From NCBI GenBank assembly GCA_965221125.1, contig CBDCRW010000006.1, forward strand, positions 128,001 to 192,000: a stretch of 64,000 bases of DNA, given 5' to 3'. Below, in pieces: positions 10,237 to 20,757 of the stretch. The notes beneath the pieces were generated by a model. It saw only the letters and a list, made by a program, of their open reading frames with translations. It was not told where the DNA came from and ran no database searches. Every line of letters begins with the position of its first letter. The stretch's first letter is position 1. The DNA comes from Alphaproteobacteria bacterium. Its GTDB lineage: Bacteria; Pseudomonadota; Alphaproteobacteria; UBA828. Position numbers and translations under genes: made by a program.

Positions 10237-11262
10237 TCAGCCGACGAAGTTCGTGAACGTGCGCAGCCAGTTCTGCCCCAGGATTCCCACTACCTCGTCC
10301 TCGTCGTAGCCGCGCGCGAAGAGGCGGCGGGCGAGGTTGGGCAGCTCCGCGATCTCGCTCAGCCCATCCGGGTAGCGTTGGATCACGAAGGCCTCGACGG
10401 GCCCGAAAATGTCGGGGCGGAGCGTGCGCCAGCGAACGGACTCCGGCAGCACGGTCCCGGCCTCCTGGTAGGCCTCGGTGAAGTCGAGCCCGATGCCGAT
10501 GTGCGCCGTGCCCACCAGCGCCTTGAAGTGGTCGATGTGGTCGATCAGGCGGTCCAGCGTCTGGTCCGCCGGGCTCACAGAGAGCGGCAGGCAGCAGGCG
10601 CCCATCATGCCGCCCTTGGCGACGATCGCGCGCACCGTCTCGTCCTTCGTGTTGCGGTCGTTGGCGACGTGGTGCCAGGCGTTGGAGTGGGTGCAGACCG
10701 GCGCGCGGGCGAGCGGCACGGCCTCGGCCCGCGAGCGGTGGCCGGTATGCGACAGGTCGAGGATCATCGGCGTCTCGTTCACCGCCGCGATCAGCTCCTC
10801 GCCGAGGAAGCTGAGCCCGGCATCCCGCTTCTCGCCGCAGCCGTCGGCGAACAGCGTGGCGCCGGTATACGCGAGCCCGAAGAAGCGGAAACCCAGCCTC
10901 GCGAGGATGCCCACCCGCGCCAGCTCCTTCCCGATCATGCTGGAGCCCTGCGTGCCGGGGACCACCGCGAGCCGCCCCGCCGCGAGCGCCGCGTCGATCT
11001 CCGCCCGGTTGCGCGCCAGCGCCAGCACGGGGCTGGCTTCGATCTTGGCGAAGCCCTCGTCCACCGCGCCCATGGTCTGGTCCCACGTGCTCTCCAGCGC
11101 GAAGGTCACGTTGCAGACGTTGACGCCGGCCTCCAGGCAGCGCGTCGCGTAGGGCTCGTCGAGGACGTAGAAGAGCCCGAGGCAGTCGAACACCGTCGTG
11201 CCTTGCGTGAAGGCCCGTGCGTACTCGGCCGCGTCCGTCGTCGCGGTCTCAGCCCCGGCCAT
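10237..11262 (-). CDS. Membrane dipeptidase family (peptidase M19-like amidohydrolase)
   Basis: DAGLSFLG, ILDLSHTG, THSN, RNTKDE, HIDH, HIGIGLDF, ILGQNWLR. Confidence 0.88.
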   Translation of the reverse strand: MAGAETATTDAAEYARAFTQGTTVFDCLGLFYVLDEPYATRCLEAGVNVCNVTFALESTWDQTMGAVDEGFAKIEASPVLALARNRAEIDAALAAGRLAVVPGTQGSSMIGKELARVGILARLGFRFFGLAYTGATLFADGCGEKRDAGLSFLGEELIAAVNETPMILDLSHTGHRSRAEAVPLARAPVCTHSNAWHHVANDRNTKDETVRAIVAKGGMMGACCLPLSVSPADQTLDRLIDHIDHFKALVGTAHIGIGLDFTEAYQEAGTVLPESVRWRTLRPDIFGPVEAFVIQRYPDGLSEIAELPNLARRLFARGYDEDEVVGILGQNWLRTFTNFVG

Positions 11263-12658
11263 GTCCGGCTCCCAGGTGATTGGCGATCGCGCTCAGGTCG
11301 CTGGCCCCGGCGATCCCGTCCAGCGCCTCGAACGCCGCGTCGTGCGCGGCCGCCGGTAGTGCGCGCGCGGCGCAGTCCACGAACTTGGCATGGAGATCGT
11401 TCCGCCCCAGCGGCCGGGCGGGGTGTCCCCTGGGCTCGCGGACCGTTCTCGACCGCGTTTCGCCACCGGCGAGCGTGAGCGTGACCGTCGACCACAGCGG
11501 CGCGGCAGCGGCATTCGCATCGCCGAGCTGCTCCGGGTCCGGGCGCATGCGCACCTTGGGGATCAGCGTGCGCACGGCGGGCCGGGCGAGCGCCTGGGCG
11601 GAGAAGGAGTCCAGTACCAGGTGGCCGTCGACGAGCGCGCTCGCCAGCAGGTAGGGCAGGCTGAAGCGCGCCTGCATCGCGTCCGCCGGCGCGACGTAGG
11701 GCAGGTTGTGCATCTCGATCTCGGGCAGCAGCGTATCGATCCCGGCCACCGCCTGCGGCTGCAGGCCGCCGTCTCCGCGCATTGCGAGCAGGGCATCGAG
11801 GGGGCGATGAACGCTGCCGCAGCAGGGGTAGACCTTCTGCCAGAGCCCGTACCGCTCGATCGCGGGCGGCCCGTCGAAGTCGGCGAGCGCCGCCTCCAGC
11901 CGCTCGCGCGGCACGCCGGCGAAGAGGTCCACGAAGCCGCGCGCGCCCTCGTAGGCGTCCTGCGCGGCGGTGACTCCGGCCTCGGCGAGCGCCGCCGCCA
12001 TGATCCCGTTCTTGGCCGCGAGCCCGGCGTGGAGCGGCTTCGCCATGGTGCCGAACTGCCGCTTGCCGCCGGAGGCGAGGCTGGTGGCGAGGCCGAGCGC
12101 GGCCGTGGCCCTGGCGGCGTCGAGGCCCAGCAGCCGGGCGCAGGCCGCCGCCGCCGCCTGTGCGCCCAGCGTCGACGTGGTGTGCCAGCCCTTGAAGTAG
12201 TGGGTCATGTTGAGCGCCTCGCCGAGCCGCGCCATGACCTCGACGCCGACGATATAGGCATCCACGCAGGCGGCACCGTCGACGCTCCGCTCCTCGCCGA
12301 GCGCCAGCAGGGCCGGCATCAGCACCGCGCTCACGTGGGCGTTGCTGATCTCCAGCACGTCGTCGTAGTCCAAGGCATGGGCCGCCGTGCCGTTGACCAG
12401 CGCGGCCCAGGGTGCGGCGAGCCTATGCGGCGTGCCGGCGACCGTGGCACCCCCCGCGCCCCAGCGCGCAACGCCGGCACGGGCCGCGCGCGGCGCGTCA
12501 TCGTCCGCGCCCGCCAGCATACAGGCGGCGGTATCCACGAAGGCGCTGCCCGCGCGCCGCCCGGCTTCTCCGCTCCAGGCCCGCGGCGCGTCTGCGACCC
12601 AGGCTCCCAGCCGGAGCGTCGCACCCGGCGCGCCGTCCGTCGCTGTCGGGCTCGTCAC
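11249..12658 (-). CDS. MmgE/PrpD family protein
   Basis: [46 protein letters not shown]; GTG start at 12658 inferred from RBS. Confidence 0.92.
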   Translation of the reverse strand: MTSPTATDGAPGATLRLGAWVADAPRAWSGEAGRRAGSAFVDTAACMLAGADDDAPRAARAGVARWGAGGATVAGTPHRLAAPWAALVNGTAAHALDYDDVLEISNAHVSAVLMPALLALGEERSVDGAACVDAYIVGVEVMARLGEALNMTHYFKGWHTTSTLGAQAAAAACARLLGLDAARATAALGLATSLASGGKRQFGTMAKPLHAGLAAKNGIMAAALAEAGVTAAQDAYEGARGFVDLFAGVPRERLEAALADFDGPPAIERYGLWQKVYPCCGSVHRPLDALLAMRGDGGLQPQAVAGIDTLLPEIEMHNLPYVAPADAMQARFSLPYLLASALVDGHLVLDSFSAQALARPAVRTLIPKVRMRPDPEQLGDANAAAAPLWSTVTLTLAGGETRSRTVREPRGHPARPLGRNDLHAKFVDCAARALPAAAHDAAFEALDGIAGASDLSAIANHLGAGHGRG

Positions 12659-12733
12659 CGTCTTCTCCGCTTGCCCTCTGCCCGGCCGATGGTACACGGT
12701 GGCGGTGCGGCCGCAATCGAGAGGGGATGGCGC

Positions 12734-13027
12734 ATGTCTGTGCTGGTGATGGTGCGAGCCCGCGCGAAGCCCGGCGCGGGGGCGGCGCTGGTCGAGATGC
12801 TGGCGCCCTTCGTGGGCGAGGACACCGGGATGGAGGGCTGTGCGCGCATCGAGATGGCGGTGGACGCCACCGACCCCGACCGCGTCGTGCTGCTGGAGGA
12901 ATGGACCTCGGCCGAGGCGCACAAGGCCAACCTCGCCGCGCTCGAGGAGGCCGGCGGCCTCGACGACTTTCTCGCTCTCCTGGCGGCCCCGCCGGAGCGC
13001 ACTTATTACGCCCCGCTCGGCCGATGA
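12734..13027 (+). CDS. Antibiotic biosynthesis monooxygenase (ABM) family protein
   Basis: [14 protein letters not shown]...EGC...[13 protein letters not shown], 97 aa. Confidence 0.8.
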   Translation: MSVLVMVRARAKPGAGAALVEMLAPFVGEDTGMEGCARIEMAVDATDPDRVVLLEEWTSAEAHKANLAALEEAGGLDDFLALLAAPPERTYYAPLGR

Positions 13028-13467
13028 GGGCGCTAATTCAGCGGGTGGCGGAAGCCCGCGTCGACATCGCCGGCGAGACGGTGGGCGAGGTCGGCAACGG
13101 CATGCTGGTCCTCGTCTGCGCGATGCAGGGAGACGGCGACGAGCAGGCGCTCCTCCTCGCGCGCAAGGTCGCCAACTTGCGCATCTTCGAGAGCGAGCCC
13201 GGCAAGATGAACCTCTCGATCCTGAAGAGCGGCGGCGCGGCGCTGGTCGTGAGCCAGTTCACGCTCGCTGCCGACACGAGCCGGGGCAACCGGCCTGGCT
13301 TCTCCTACGCCGCGCCGCCGGACGAGGGCGAGCGCCTCTACGAGCTTTTCAAGGCCTCCCTCGCCGAGCACGGCGTGCCCGTCGCCGCCGGCCGCTTCGG
13401 CCAGGTGATGCAGGTCCACCTCGTCAACGACGGCCCGGTCACGATCTGGCTGGACACGGCGGGTTAG
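13024..13467 (+). CDS. dtd: D-aminoacyl-tRNA deacylase
   Basis: [40 protein letters not shown]. Confidence 0.96.
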   Translation: MRALIQRVAEARVDIAGETVGEVGNGMLVLVCAMQGDGDEQALLLARKVANLRIFESEPGKMNLSILKSGGAALVVSQFTLAADTSRGNRPGFSYAAPPDEGERLYELFKASLAEHGVPVAAGRFGQVMQVHLVNDGPVTIWLDTAG

Positions 13468-13503
13468 CGCGTTTCCGACCTTACGAGATCACTGCGGCAC
13501 GGT

Positions 13504-13590
13504 AGGGCGGAGGGGGAACGCAAGTTGCACCGGCCTTTTCTCCCTCTCCTCCCCACGGGGGAGGAGAGGGCCGGGGAGAGGTGGGGGTGC
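13504..13590. repeat. Intergenic GC-rich palindromic (REP-like) element, partial copy
   Basis: Stem CCCTCTCCTCCCC..GGGGAGGAGAGGG (13542-13570) followed by CCGGGGAGAGGTGGGGG; related copy at 25618-25732; lies between convergent genes. Confidence 0.75.
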
Positions 13591-13623
13591 CCGGACCTTC
13601 CCACACGCGCGACAGGAGCCCCC

Positions 13624-16600
13624 TTACTCCGCGGCGCTGGCCTGGGCGGCGGGGGCGCGGAAGGCGGCGAGCAGGTCGGCCTCGCGCTCCTTCGCGCAGG
13701 CGACGTTGGCCTCCTTCACGTGCCCGAAGCCCCGCATGGCGAGCGGCACCTCGGCGATCTCCACCGCGAGCCCGTGGTTGTCCGAGCCGAGACCCGCGAT
13801 CAGCGCGTCCACCGTCGCCTCGTACTCGCCGATCAGCGCGCGCTCCCGGCGCCGCTCGGCCGCGTAGCCGAACACATCGAGCGGCGTCCCGCGCAGGCCC
13901 TTGAGCTTCGCCAGCAGGCCGAAGGCGGTGAGCATCCAGGGGCCGAAGATGCGCTTCTTCAGGTGCCCGGTCTCGGGGTCGCGCCCGGCGATGAGCGGCG
14001 GCGCCATGCTGAAGCGGAGCCCGAAGCGCCCCTCGAACTGCGCCGCCACCTGCGCCTGGAAGCGGCCGTCGGTGTAGAGCCGGGCGACCTCGTACTCGTC
14101 CTTGTAGGCGAGCAGCTTGTGGTAGGCCCGCGCGACCGCCTCGGCGAAGCCCGCGCGCCCCGGCGCCTGCGCCCGCTCGGCCTCGCGCGCACGCCGCACC
14201 AGGGCGCGGTAGCGCGCGGCCAGCGCCGTGTTCTGGTAGGCCCGCAAATCCGACGCGCGGCGCTCGATCATCGCATCGAGCCCCACAGGCTGCGGCGCCT
14301 GCGGCAGGCCCCCGCTCTCCGCCAGCGCTGCGGCCACCGAGTCCGGATCGTGCGCCGCAGCCCGGCCCCAGCGGAAGGCGCGCACGTTGGACTCGACCGC
14401 GACGCCGTTGAGCGCGATCGCCTGCTCCAGCGCGTCCGCGCTTAGCGGCACCTGGCCCTGTTGATACGCGAAGCCCAAGAGGAACAGGTTGGCGTAGACG
14501 GCATCGCCGATCAGCGCCGTCGCCATGCGGGTGGCGTCCACGACATCCAGCGCCTTCGCCGCCGCGCCCACCGTGCGCTCGAGCTGCGCGACGGGGAACT
14601 CGAGGTCGGGCGCGCGGGTGAAGTCTCCGGTCGTGATCGGGCCGCCATTCACCACGGCGTGCGAGGTGCTGCGGTCGAGCCGCGAGGTCGCCTCGCCGCT
14701 CGCCGCCACCACCAGGTCGACGCCGAGCAGGAGCCGCGCCCCGCCCACGGCGATCCGCACCGCGTGCAGGTCCTCGGGCCGCTCGGCGATGCGCACGTGG
14801 CTGGTCACCGCGCCGTACTTCTGGGCGAGGCCCGCCTTGTCGAGCACCGTGGCCCCCTTGCCCTCGAGCCGCGCCGCGGTGCCGAGCAGCGCGGCCAGCG
14901 TGACGATCCCCGTGCCGCCGACGCCCGCGAGCAGGATGCCGTAGGGCGCGGCGCAGGCGGGGCGCGCGGGCTCCGGCAGGGCGGTGATGGGCCCGTCGGC
15001 GGCGGATGTCTTGGGCTTGCGCCGCTCGCCCCCCTTCACCAGCACGAAGCTCGGGCAGAAACCCTTGATGCACGAAAAATCCTTGTTGCAGGCGGACTGG
15101 TCGATCGCCCGCTTGCGGCCGAACTCGGTCTCCAGCGGCACCACGGAGAGGCAATTCGACTGCACGCCGCAGTCGCCGCAGCCCTCGCACACGTCCGGGT
15201 TGATGACGACGCGCCAGTCCGGGTCCTCCAGCGTGCCGCGCTTGCGCCGGCGCCGCTTCTCGGTCGCGCACATCTGGTCGTAGACGATGGCCGAGACGCC
15301 CTCCCATTCGCGCAGGTCGCGCTGCACGCGGTCGAGCTCGTCGCGGTGGTGGATGGTCACGCCGTCGGCGAACTGCCCGTCGAAGGGGTATTTTTCCGGC
15401 TGGTCGGTGACCACGGCGATGCGGCCCACGCCCTCGGCCTGGATCTGCCGCGTCACGCGCTGCACCGTGAGCGGCCCGTCCATGGGCTGGCCGCCGGTCA
15501 TCGCCACGGCGTCGTTGTAGAGGATCTTGTAGGTCATGTTGACGCCGGCGGCGACGGCAGCGCGGATCGCGAGCGAGCCGGAGTGGAAGTAGGTGCCGTC
15601 GCCGATGTTCTGAAAGATGTGCTTCGTCTCGGTGAACGGCGCCTGGCCGATCCAGTTGGCGCCCTCGCCGCCCATGTGGGTGTAGGTGTCGGTCTCCCGG
15701 TCCATCCACTGCACCATGTAGTGGCAGCCGATGCCGGAGAGCGCGCGGCTCCCTTGCGGCAGCTTCGTCGACGAGTTGTGCGGGCAGCCCGAGCAGAAGT
15801 AGGGCACGCGCTCCATCGCCGCGGGCCGGGCGGCGGCGCTCTCGGCCCGGCGTGCGCGCAGGCGGGCGAGCCGCGCCTCCAGCGCCTCGTCCGGGCCGAA
15901 GCCGAGCAGCCGCGCCGCCAGCGTCTCCGCCACGCCGCCGGGGTCGAGCTCGCCGGAGGCGCGGAGCAGCGGCCGCCCTTCCTCGTCGCAGGTGCCGACG
16001 ACGCGGGGCCGCGCGCTCGCGGCCAGGTTGTAGAGAACGTCCTTGATCTGGTTCTCGATGAAGTCGCGCTTCTCCTCGACCACGAGGATCTCGTCGAGCC
16101 CGCCGGCGAAGCGCCTGATGCCGTCGGGCTCCAGCGGCCAGCTCATGCCGACCTTGTAGAGCGCGATGCCGAGCCGCCTCGCCGCGCCCTCGTCGATGCC
16201 GAGGTCGTCCAGCGCCTGGCGCACGTCGAGGTAGGACTTGCCGGTGGTCACGATGCCGAGCCTGCGCCCCGGCCCGTCGATCACGCTGCGGTCGAGCCCG
16301 TTCGCGCGGGCGTAGGCGCGGGCCGCGTCGAGCTTGTGCTCCAGCAGCCGCTCCTCCATCGCGAGCGGCGTGTCCGGCCAGCGGATGTTGAGACCGCCCT
16401 CGGGCAGGGCGTGGTCCTCCGGCGCAGCGATCGCGACCCGGTGCGGGTCCACCGAGACGATGGCGGAGCTGTCCACCGTCTCGGCAATGCAGATGAAGCC
16501 CACCCAGAGCCCGGCATAGCGCGAGAGCCCCCAGCCGTGCAGCCCGAAGTCCAGGAACTCCTGGACGCCCGCCGGGTTGATCACCGGCATGGTGGCGCTC

Positions 16601-17091
16601 ATGAAGTCGAACTCGCTCTGGTGCGCGGTGGTGGACGAGGCGCAGACGTGGTCGTCGCCCGCCAGCGCGAGCACGCCGCCGTGGGCCGCCGTGCCGGCGA
16701 GGTTGGCGTGCTTGAAGACGTCCATGGTGCGGTCAACGCCCGGCCCCTTGCCGTACCAGATGGCGAAGACGCCGTCGTGCTTGGCGCCTGGGAAGAGCCC
16801 CACCTGCTGCGTGCCCCAGAGCGCGGTCGCCGCCGTGTCCTCGTTCACGCCGGGCTGGAAGTGCACGCGGTGCTTCTCGACGAACCGCTTTGCCTGCCAG
16901 AGCGCGCGGTCGAAGTTGCCGAGCGGCGAGCCGCGGTAGCCCGAGATCATGCAGGCGGTATCCAGCCCCGCCGCCTTGTCGCGCAGGTGCTGCATCATCG
17001 GCAGCCTGACCAGGGCCTGGGTTCCGGTCATGTAGACCTCGCCCGACCAGGCGGCGTACTTGTCGTCGAGTGAGACCGCGGCAAGCGTCAT
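13624..17091 (-). CDS. Indolepyruvate:ferredoxin oxidoreductase family, fused alpha/beta
   Basis: SGYRGSPLG, GVNED, WYGKGPGVDR, FCSGCPHN, GDGTYFHSG, VCEGCGDC, GVGGTG, KLLAYKDEYEVARL, RGFGHVK. Confidence 0.95.
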   Translation of the reverse strand: MTLAAVSLDDKYAAWSGEVYMTGTQALVRLPMMQHLRDKAAGLDTACMISGYRGSPLGNFDRALWQAKRFVEKHRVHFQPGVNEDTAATALWGTQQVGLFPGAKHDGVFAIWYGKGPGVDRTMDVFKHANLAGTAAHGGVLALAGDDHVCASSTTAHQSEFDFMSATMPVINPAGVQEFLDFGLHGWGLSRYAGLWVGFICIAETVDSSAIVSVDPHRVAIAAPEDHALPEGGLNIRWPDTPLAMEERLLEHKLDAARAYARANGLDRSVIDGPGRRLGIVTTGKSYLDVRQALDDLGIDEGAARRLGIALYKVGMSWPLEPDGIRRFAGGLDEILVVEEKRDFIENQIKDVLYNLAASARPRVVGTCDEEGRPLLRASGELDPGGVAETLAARLLGFGPDEALEARLARLRARRAESAAARPAAMERVPYFCSGCPHNSSTKLPQGSRALSGIGCHYMVQWMDRETDTYTHMGGEGANWIGQAPFTETKHIFQNIGDGTYFHSGSLAIRAAVAAGVNMTYKILYNDAVAMTGGQPMDGPLTVQRVTRQIQAEGVGRIAVVTDQPEKYPFDGQFADGVTIHHRDELDRVQRDLREWEGVSAIVYDQMCATEKRRRRKRGTLEDPDWRVVINPDVCEGCGDCGVQSNCLSVVPLETEFGRKRAIDQSACNKDFSCIKGFCPSFVLVKGGERRKPKTSAADGPITALPEPARPACAAPYGILLAGVGGTGIVTLAALLGTAARLEGKGATVLDKAGLAQKYGAVTSHVRIAERPEDLHAVRIAVGGARLLLGVDLVVAASGEATSRLDRSTSHAVVNGGPITTGDFTRAPDLEFPVAQLERTVGAAAKALDVVDATRMATALIGDAVYANLFLLGFAYQQGQVPLSADALEQAIALNGVAVESNVRAFRWGRAAAHDPDSVAAALAESGGLPQAPQPVGLDAMIERRASDLRAYQNTALAARYRALVRRAREAERAQAPGRAGFAEAVARAYHKLLAYKDEYEVARLYTDGRFQAQVAAQFEGRFGLRFSMAPPLIAGRDPETGHLKKRIFGPWMLTAFGLLAKLKGLRGTPLDVFGYAAERRRERALIGEYEATVDALIAGLGSDNHGLAVEIAEVPLAMRGFGHVKEANVACAKEREADLLAAFRAPAAQASAAE

Positions 17092-17245
17092 CGCTATTCC
17101 TGTCCTCAGCGTCCGGCTGTTCTTGGCTCTATGCGCCAGGCGGCGGGCGGGGCGCGCACGGCCGCGCCGCCATCATAGCCCAGCCCGCATTTCCGCGCGA
17201 AGCGGCGGCGTATCTCACTTTCATGCCCGCATTTTTTTGCCCAAA

Positions 17246-17315
17246 AAGCCGAGATAAGCCGAGATAAGCCGAGATAAGCCGAGATAAGCCGAGACAAGCC
17301 GAGACAAGGTGAGAT
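17246..17315. repeat. Tandem decamer repeat (AAGCCGAGAT) x7
   Basis: 4 perfect units, 2 units AAGCCGAGAC, 1 degenerate AAGGTGAGAT; preceded by TTTTTTTGCCCAAAAA. Confidence 0.95.
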
Positions 17316-17361
17316 GGCGGGGAGGCGCCCAGGGCCGCCCACGCGGAGGGTCCCGCCGGCC

Positions 17362-17985
17362 TCATTCGCCCTCCGCATCTTGCGCCTTCAATCGCCAATA
17401 GGCCTCGGCGACGGCTTCTTCGCCCGCGACCGGATCGTGGATGCCCCAGTGGCCCTCCACGGCGGCGCGGATGTGAGCGACGGCGTCGGGCGAGAGTCCC
17501 TTCTTCTGCTCTTCCGCAGACCTGGGCCAGCCTTCGAGCGGGCCGGCGCCGCGCGCGGCAGGCTTGGGCGCGGCGGCGCTCCTGCCGGCCGCGCCGGCCT
17601 TGTCGGCGTTCTCGATGCGCCCGATGGCGAGCGCGAGCGCGCCGATCATGGCGATGTCGGCCGGCTTCTCGCCCCTCTCGATCGCGTCGGCGGCGCGCTT
17701 GACGAGACTCCGGAGCGTCTCGAGCGCGCGCTCCGCGCTGACCTCCTCGGGGGGCTCCCCGGACCTGGCCTGCCGAGGCTCGCCGGGATCGTCGTCCTCG
17801 GCCGAGCGCAGCAGCGCGGCGCGGTTCCGCTTGACGTAGCGGCCGACGGCCGCGCGCGAGCAGGTGCCGCCATGCGCCCGCATCCGCCGGGTGATCTCGT
17901 CGATGGTGGCGCCCTCGCGGATCGCCAGGTTTACCGCCGCCAGAGCATCCGGCGGCAGGCGCTCGACCCGCGAGCGGTCCGCCAT
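17362..17985 (-). CDS. Phage Mu gp27-like (DUF3486) protein, orphan
   Basis: N-terminus MADRSRVERLPPDAL...GATIDEI...SRAAVGRY and C-terminal KGLSPDAVAHIR match my recollection of DUF3486. Confidence 0.7.
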   Translation of the reverse strand: MADRSRVERLPPDALAAVNLAIREGATIDEITRRMRAHGGTCSRAAVGRYVKRNRAALLRSAEDDDPGEPRQARSGEPPEEVSAERALETLRSLVKRAADAIERGEKPADIAMIGALALAIGRIENADKAGAAGRSAAAPKPAARGAGPLEGWPRSAEEQKKGLSPDAVAHIRAAVEGHWGIHDPVAGEEAVAEAYWRLKAQDAEGE

Positions 17986-18221
17986 CAGCCGGCCCTCCGC
18001 GAAGGCGCCGCTCCGCCGCTCTCTCGGCGGCCATCGTCCACACACAGCATCCGCCGAGACTGCCCCCACCAACCCACGCCGTGCACCGCACCAATGTCCG
18101 GGGTCACCCCCCCTCACCTTGCTTGGCCTGCGGCCCATGACGCATACTCGCCGGCCGTGAGCCGGCGCCGGCGCGGCGGCGATGCCGCGCGGCGTCCTCC
18201 GAGCCACTCAGGGAGATGACA

Positions 18222-19790
18222 ATGCATCCGAGAGCTGTTCTGGCAGCCGGCGTCCTTGGCACGGTCGGCGTCGCCTTGACGATGCCCGCCTTCGCGGAGA
18301 CCGATTACGTCGCGAAGTACGGGATCAAGGAAGACCATCCGGGCATCTGCTCCTACGCGTCCACCGACGCGAAGGACTACACCGGGCACGAGATCACCAT
18401 CCTGACCCACGCCGTGCCCGTCATGGGCGAGCCCGTGGCGCTGCACTCCAAGCAGTTCGAGGAGCTGACGGGCGGCACGGTCAACGTGGTGCACGCCCCC
18501 TTCGGCGAGCTCTACCAGAAGGTGATGATCCCCTTCCAGACCGGCCAGCACGTCTACGACATCGTCTACGGCGGGTCGTACTGGATCGGCGACTGGGCGC
18601 CCCATCTCGCGCCCGTGCCCCAGAAATACCTCGACACCGACGAGATGAAGGACATCACGCCGGCCTACCAGGGCGTCGCCAGCTGGAACGGCCAGCGCCT
18701 GCAGTACACCTTCGACGGCGACCGCAACTACTTCAAGTACATCCTGCCGCCCTTCGAGGACGCGGAGAACCAGGCCAAGTTCAAGGCCGAGTACGGCCGC
18801 GATCTCGCGGTGCCCACGACCTGGGAGGAATACGCCGAGGTCGCCACCTTCTTCAGCGGCTGGGACTGGGACGGCGACGGCGAGCTGGAGTACGGCTCCA
18901 CCGAGATCGTCAAGCGCGACGACGTGGCCTTCGCCAACTTCATCACCCGCGTCGCCTCCTACGCCAAGAACCCCAACGTCACCGGCGGCTTCTGGTTCGA
19001 TCTCGAGACCATGACCCCGCAGGTCAACAACCCCGGCTTCGTCAAGGGGCTCGAGATGTGGATGGACGCGCTCCGCTACATGCCGCCCGGCGGGATCAAC
19101 TTCGGCATCGGCGAGGAGATCTTCTCCTGGGGCGGCGGCGAGTCGCTCATGAGCGTCACCTGGGACGACGCCTTCATCCAGGCGATGCAGCCGGATTCGC
19201 CGATCCGCAACAAGATCCGCGTCGGCACCCAGTACGGCCCGTCCATGGGCTCGCACAAGGTGTGGAACCGGGTCAGCGGCCAGTGGGACGAGTTCGAGAC
19301 CCCCTCCGTCGCGCCCTACGTCACCTGGGGCTGGGGCGCCGGCGTCTCCAAGTACAGCGAAGAGCAGGAGATGGCGTTCGACTGGTTCTGCTTCTTCTCG
19401 AACTACGCCAACACCAACCACGACCTGCTGATCGGCCGCTTCGGCGTCAATCCCTTCCGTACCAGCCACATGGACCCGGACTACTGGGAGCAGGAGGCCG
19501 GTTGGGACCGCGCGGTGGCCGTGAGCTTCACCGACATGCTCAGGGGCATGGACACGAGCACCAACCGCGTGTTCGACCTCCGCGTGCCGGGCGTCAACCA
19601 GTTCTACACCGCCATGATGGCTGGCGTCGCCAAGGCCATGGCGGGCGAGATGACCGCCCAGGCCGCTTTGGACGAGGTCGCCGAGGAATGGACGCGCATC
19701 GCCGAGCGCATCGGCGTCGACGTCATCCGCGAGGCCTACAAGAACGTGGTCGCGCTGGAGGACAACGTGCCGCTGGATCAGGTCCAGTAA
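18222..19790 (+). CDS. Carbohydrate-type (CUT1) ABC transporter substrate-binding protein
   Basis: Signal peptide ending AFA-E, FEELTG, PTTWEEY; first gene of permease/ATPase operon. Confidence 0.9.
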   Translation: MHPRAVLAAGVLGTVGVALTMPAFAETDYVAKYGIKEDHPGICSYASTDAKDYTGHEITILTHAVPVMGEPVALHSKQFEELTGGTVNVVHAPFGELYQKVMIPFQTGQHVYDIVYGGSYWIGDWAPHLAPVPQKYLDTDEMKDITPAYQGVASWNGQRLQYTFDGDRNYFKYILPPFEDAENQAKFKAEYGRDLAVPTTWEEYAEVATFFSGWDWDGDGELEYGSTEIVKRDDVAFANFITRVASYAKNPNVTGGFWFDLETMTPQVNNPGFVKGLEMWMDALRYMPPGGINFGIGEEIFSWGGGESLMSVTWDDAFIQAMQPDSPIRNKIRVGTQYGPSMGSHKVWNRVSGQWDEFETPSVAPYVTWGWGAGVSKYSEEQEMAFDWFCFFSNYANTNHDLLIGRFGVNPFRTSHMDPDYWEQEAGWDRAVAVSFTDMLRGMDTSTNRVFDLRVPGVNQFYTAMMAGVAKAMAGEMTAQAALDEVAEEWTRIAERIGVDVIREAYKNVVALEDNVPLDQVQ

Positions 19791-19831
19791 GGCCGGCGGC
19801 ATCGAGACACACGCAAGACTTCGCTAGAGAA

Positions 19832-19857
19832 GACCGGCGGGCTGAGGCCCGCCGGTC
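19832..19857 (+). terminator. Stem-loop after the SBP gene (attenuator or mRNA stabiliser)
   Basis: Perfect 11-bp stem GACCGGCGGGC-TGAG-GCCCGCCGGTC. Confidence 0.6.
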
Positions 19858-19872
19858 GTCCTTTCCCCAGCC

Positions 19873-20757
19873 ATGCTGGACTCGCGCTACAAGCACATCT
19901 TCCTGCTTCCGGCGCTTCTCGCGCTGGTCGCGATCATCATCTTTCCGCTCATCTACACGGTGCGCCTCAGCCTCTCCGGCTGGGACGTGAACTTCCCCGA
20001 GCTCGACTACATCGGCTGGGACAACTACGCCCGCGCCATCGCCGACGGGCGCTTCTGGGATTCCATGGGCACCCTCTACCTGATGGTGCTCTTCTGCGTG
20101 GTCTTCGAGTACCTGCTCGGCTTCGGCCTGGCGCTCCTGCTGTGGAAGGAGGTGAAGGCCGGGCGCTTCTTCCGCGTGCTCTTCATCGTGCCGATGTGCG
20201 TGACCCCGGTGGTGATGGCGGTGGTCTGGCGCACAATCTTCCACGAGACGCTGGGGCCGATGAACGACGTGCTGAGCTGGTTCGGCATCCCCGCCGTGCC
20301 CTGGCTCAGCAAGTCCGGCCCCGCCTTCGCCGCGGTCGTCATCATCGACGTCTGGCAGTGGACCTCGTTCATGTTCATCCTGCTGCTGGCGGGGCTGATG
20401 TCGCTGCCGCGCGAGCCCTACGAGGCGGCGCAGATCGACGGCGCGGGCCCGATCCGCACCTTCGTCCACGTGACCTTCCCGCTGATGGCGCCGATCACGC
20501 TGGGCGCGCTCATCATCCGCCTGATCGAATCGTCGAAGCTGATGGAGACCATCTACGCGCTCACCTCCGGCGGCCCCGGCTCGTCGACCGAGACCACGAG
20601 CTACCTGCTCTACATCCGGGGGCTCCGCGAGTTTCAGATCGGCTACACCGCCTCGCTCTCGATCATCTACCTCGCGATCATGATCATCGCGCTCACCATC
20701 TTCGCCCGCTCGCTGAGCCGGCTCATGATTGGCCGGCAGGGGCCGCTGCGGGCATGA
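19873..20757 (+). CDS. Carbohydrate ABC transporter permease
   Basis: Multiple TM segments; EAA loop EPYEAAQIDGAG. Confidence 0.93.
   Translation: MLDSRYKHIFLLPALLALVAIIIFPLIYTVRLSLSGWDVNFPELDYIGWDNYARAIADGRFWDSMGTLYLMVLFCVVFEYLLGFGLALLLWKEVKAGRFFRVLFIVPMCVTPVVMAVVWRTIFHETLGPMNDVLSWFGIPAVPWLSKSGPAFAAVVIIDVWQWTSFMFILLLAGLMSLPREPYEAAQIDGAGPIRTFVHVTFPLMAPITLGALIIRLIESSKLMETIYALTSGGPGSSTETTSYLLYIRGLREFQIGYTASLSIIYLAIMIIALTIFARSLSRLMIGRQGPLRA

Noticed and set aside
14461-17073. Long antisense and alternative-frame ORFs here and throughout (e.g. 56313-59576, 39424-41817, 34026-36143)
   Set aside because: Expected in high-GC DNA opposite real genes; Arg/Gly/Pro-rich or mirror-codon composition with no motifs.
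17246-17315. Decamer array as CRISPR or as coding repeat (LISAYLGLSR ORFs)
   Set aside because: No spacers; the overlapping ORFs (17106-17378, 17129-18094) have no recognisable protein features.
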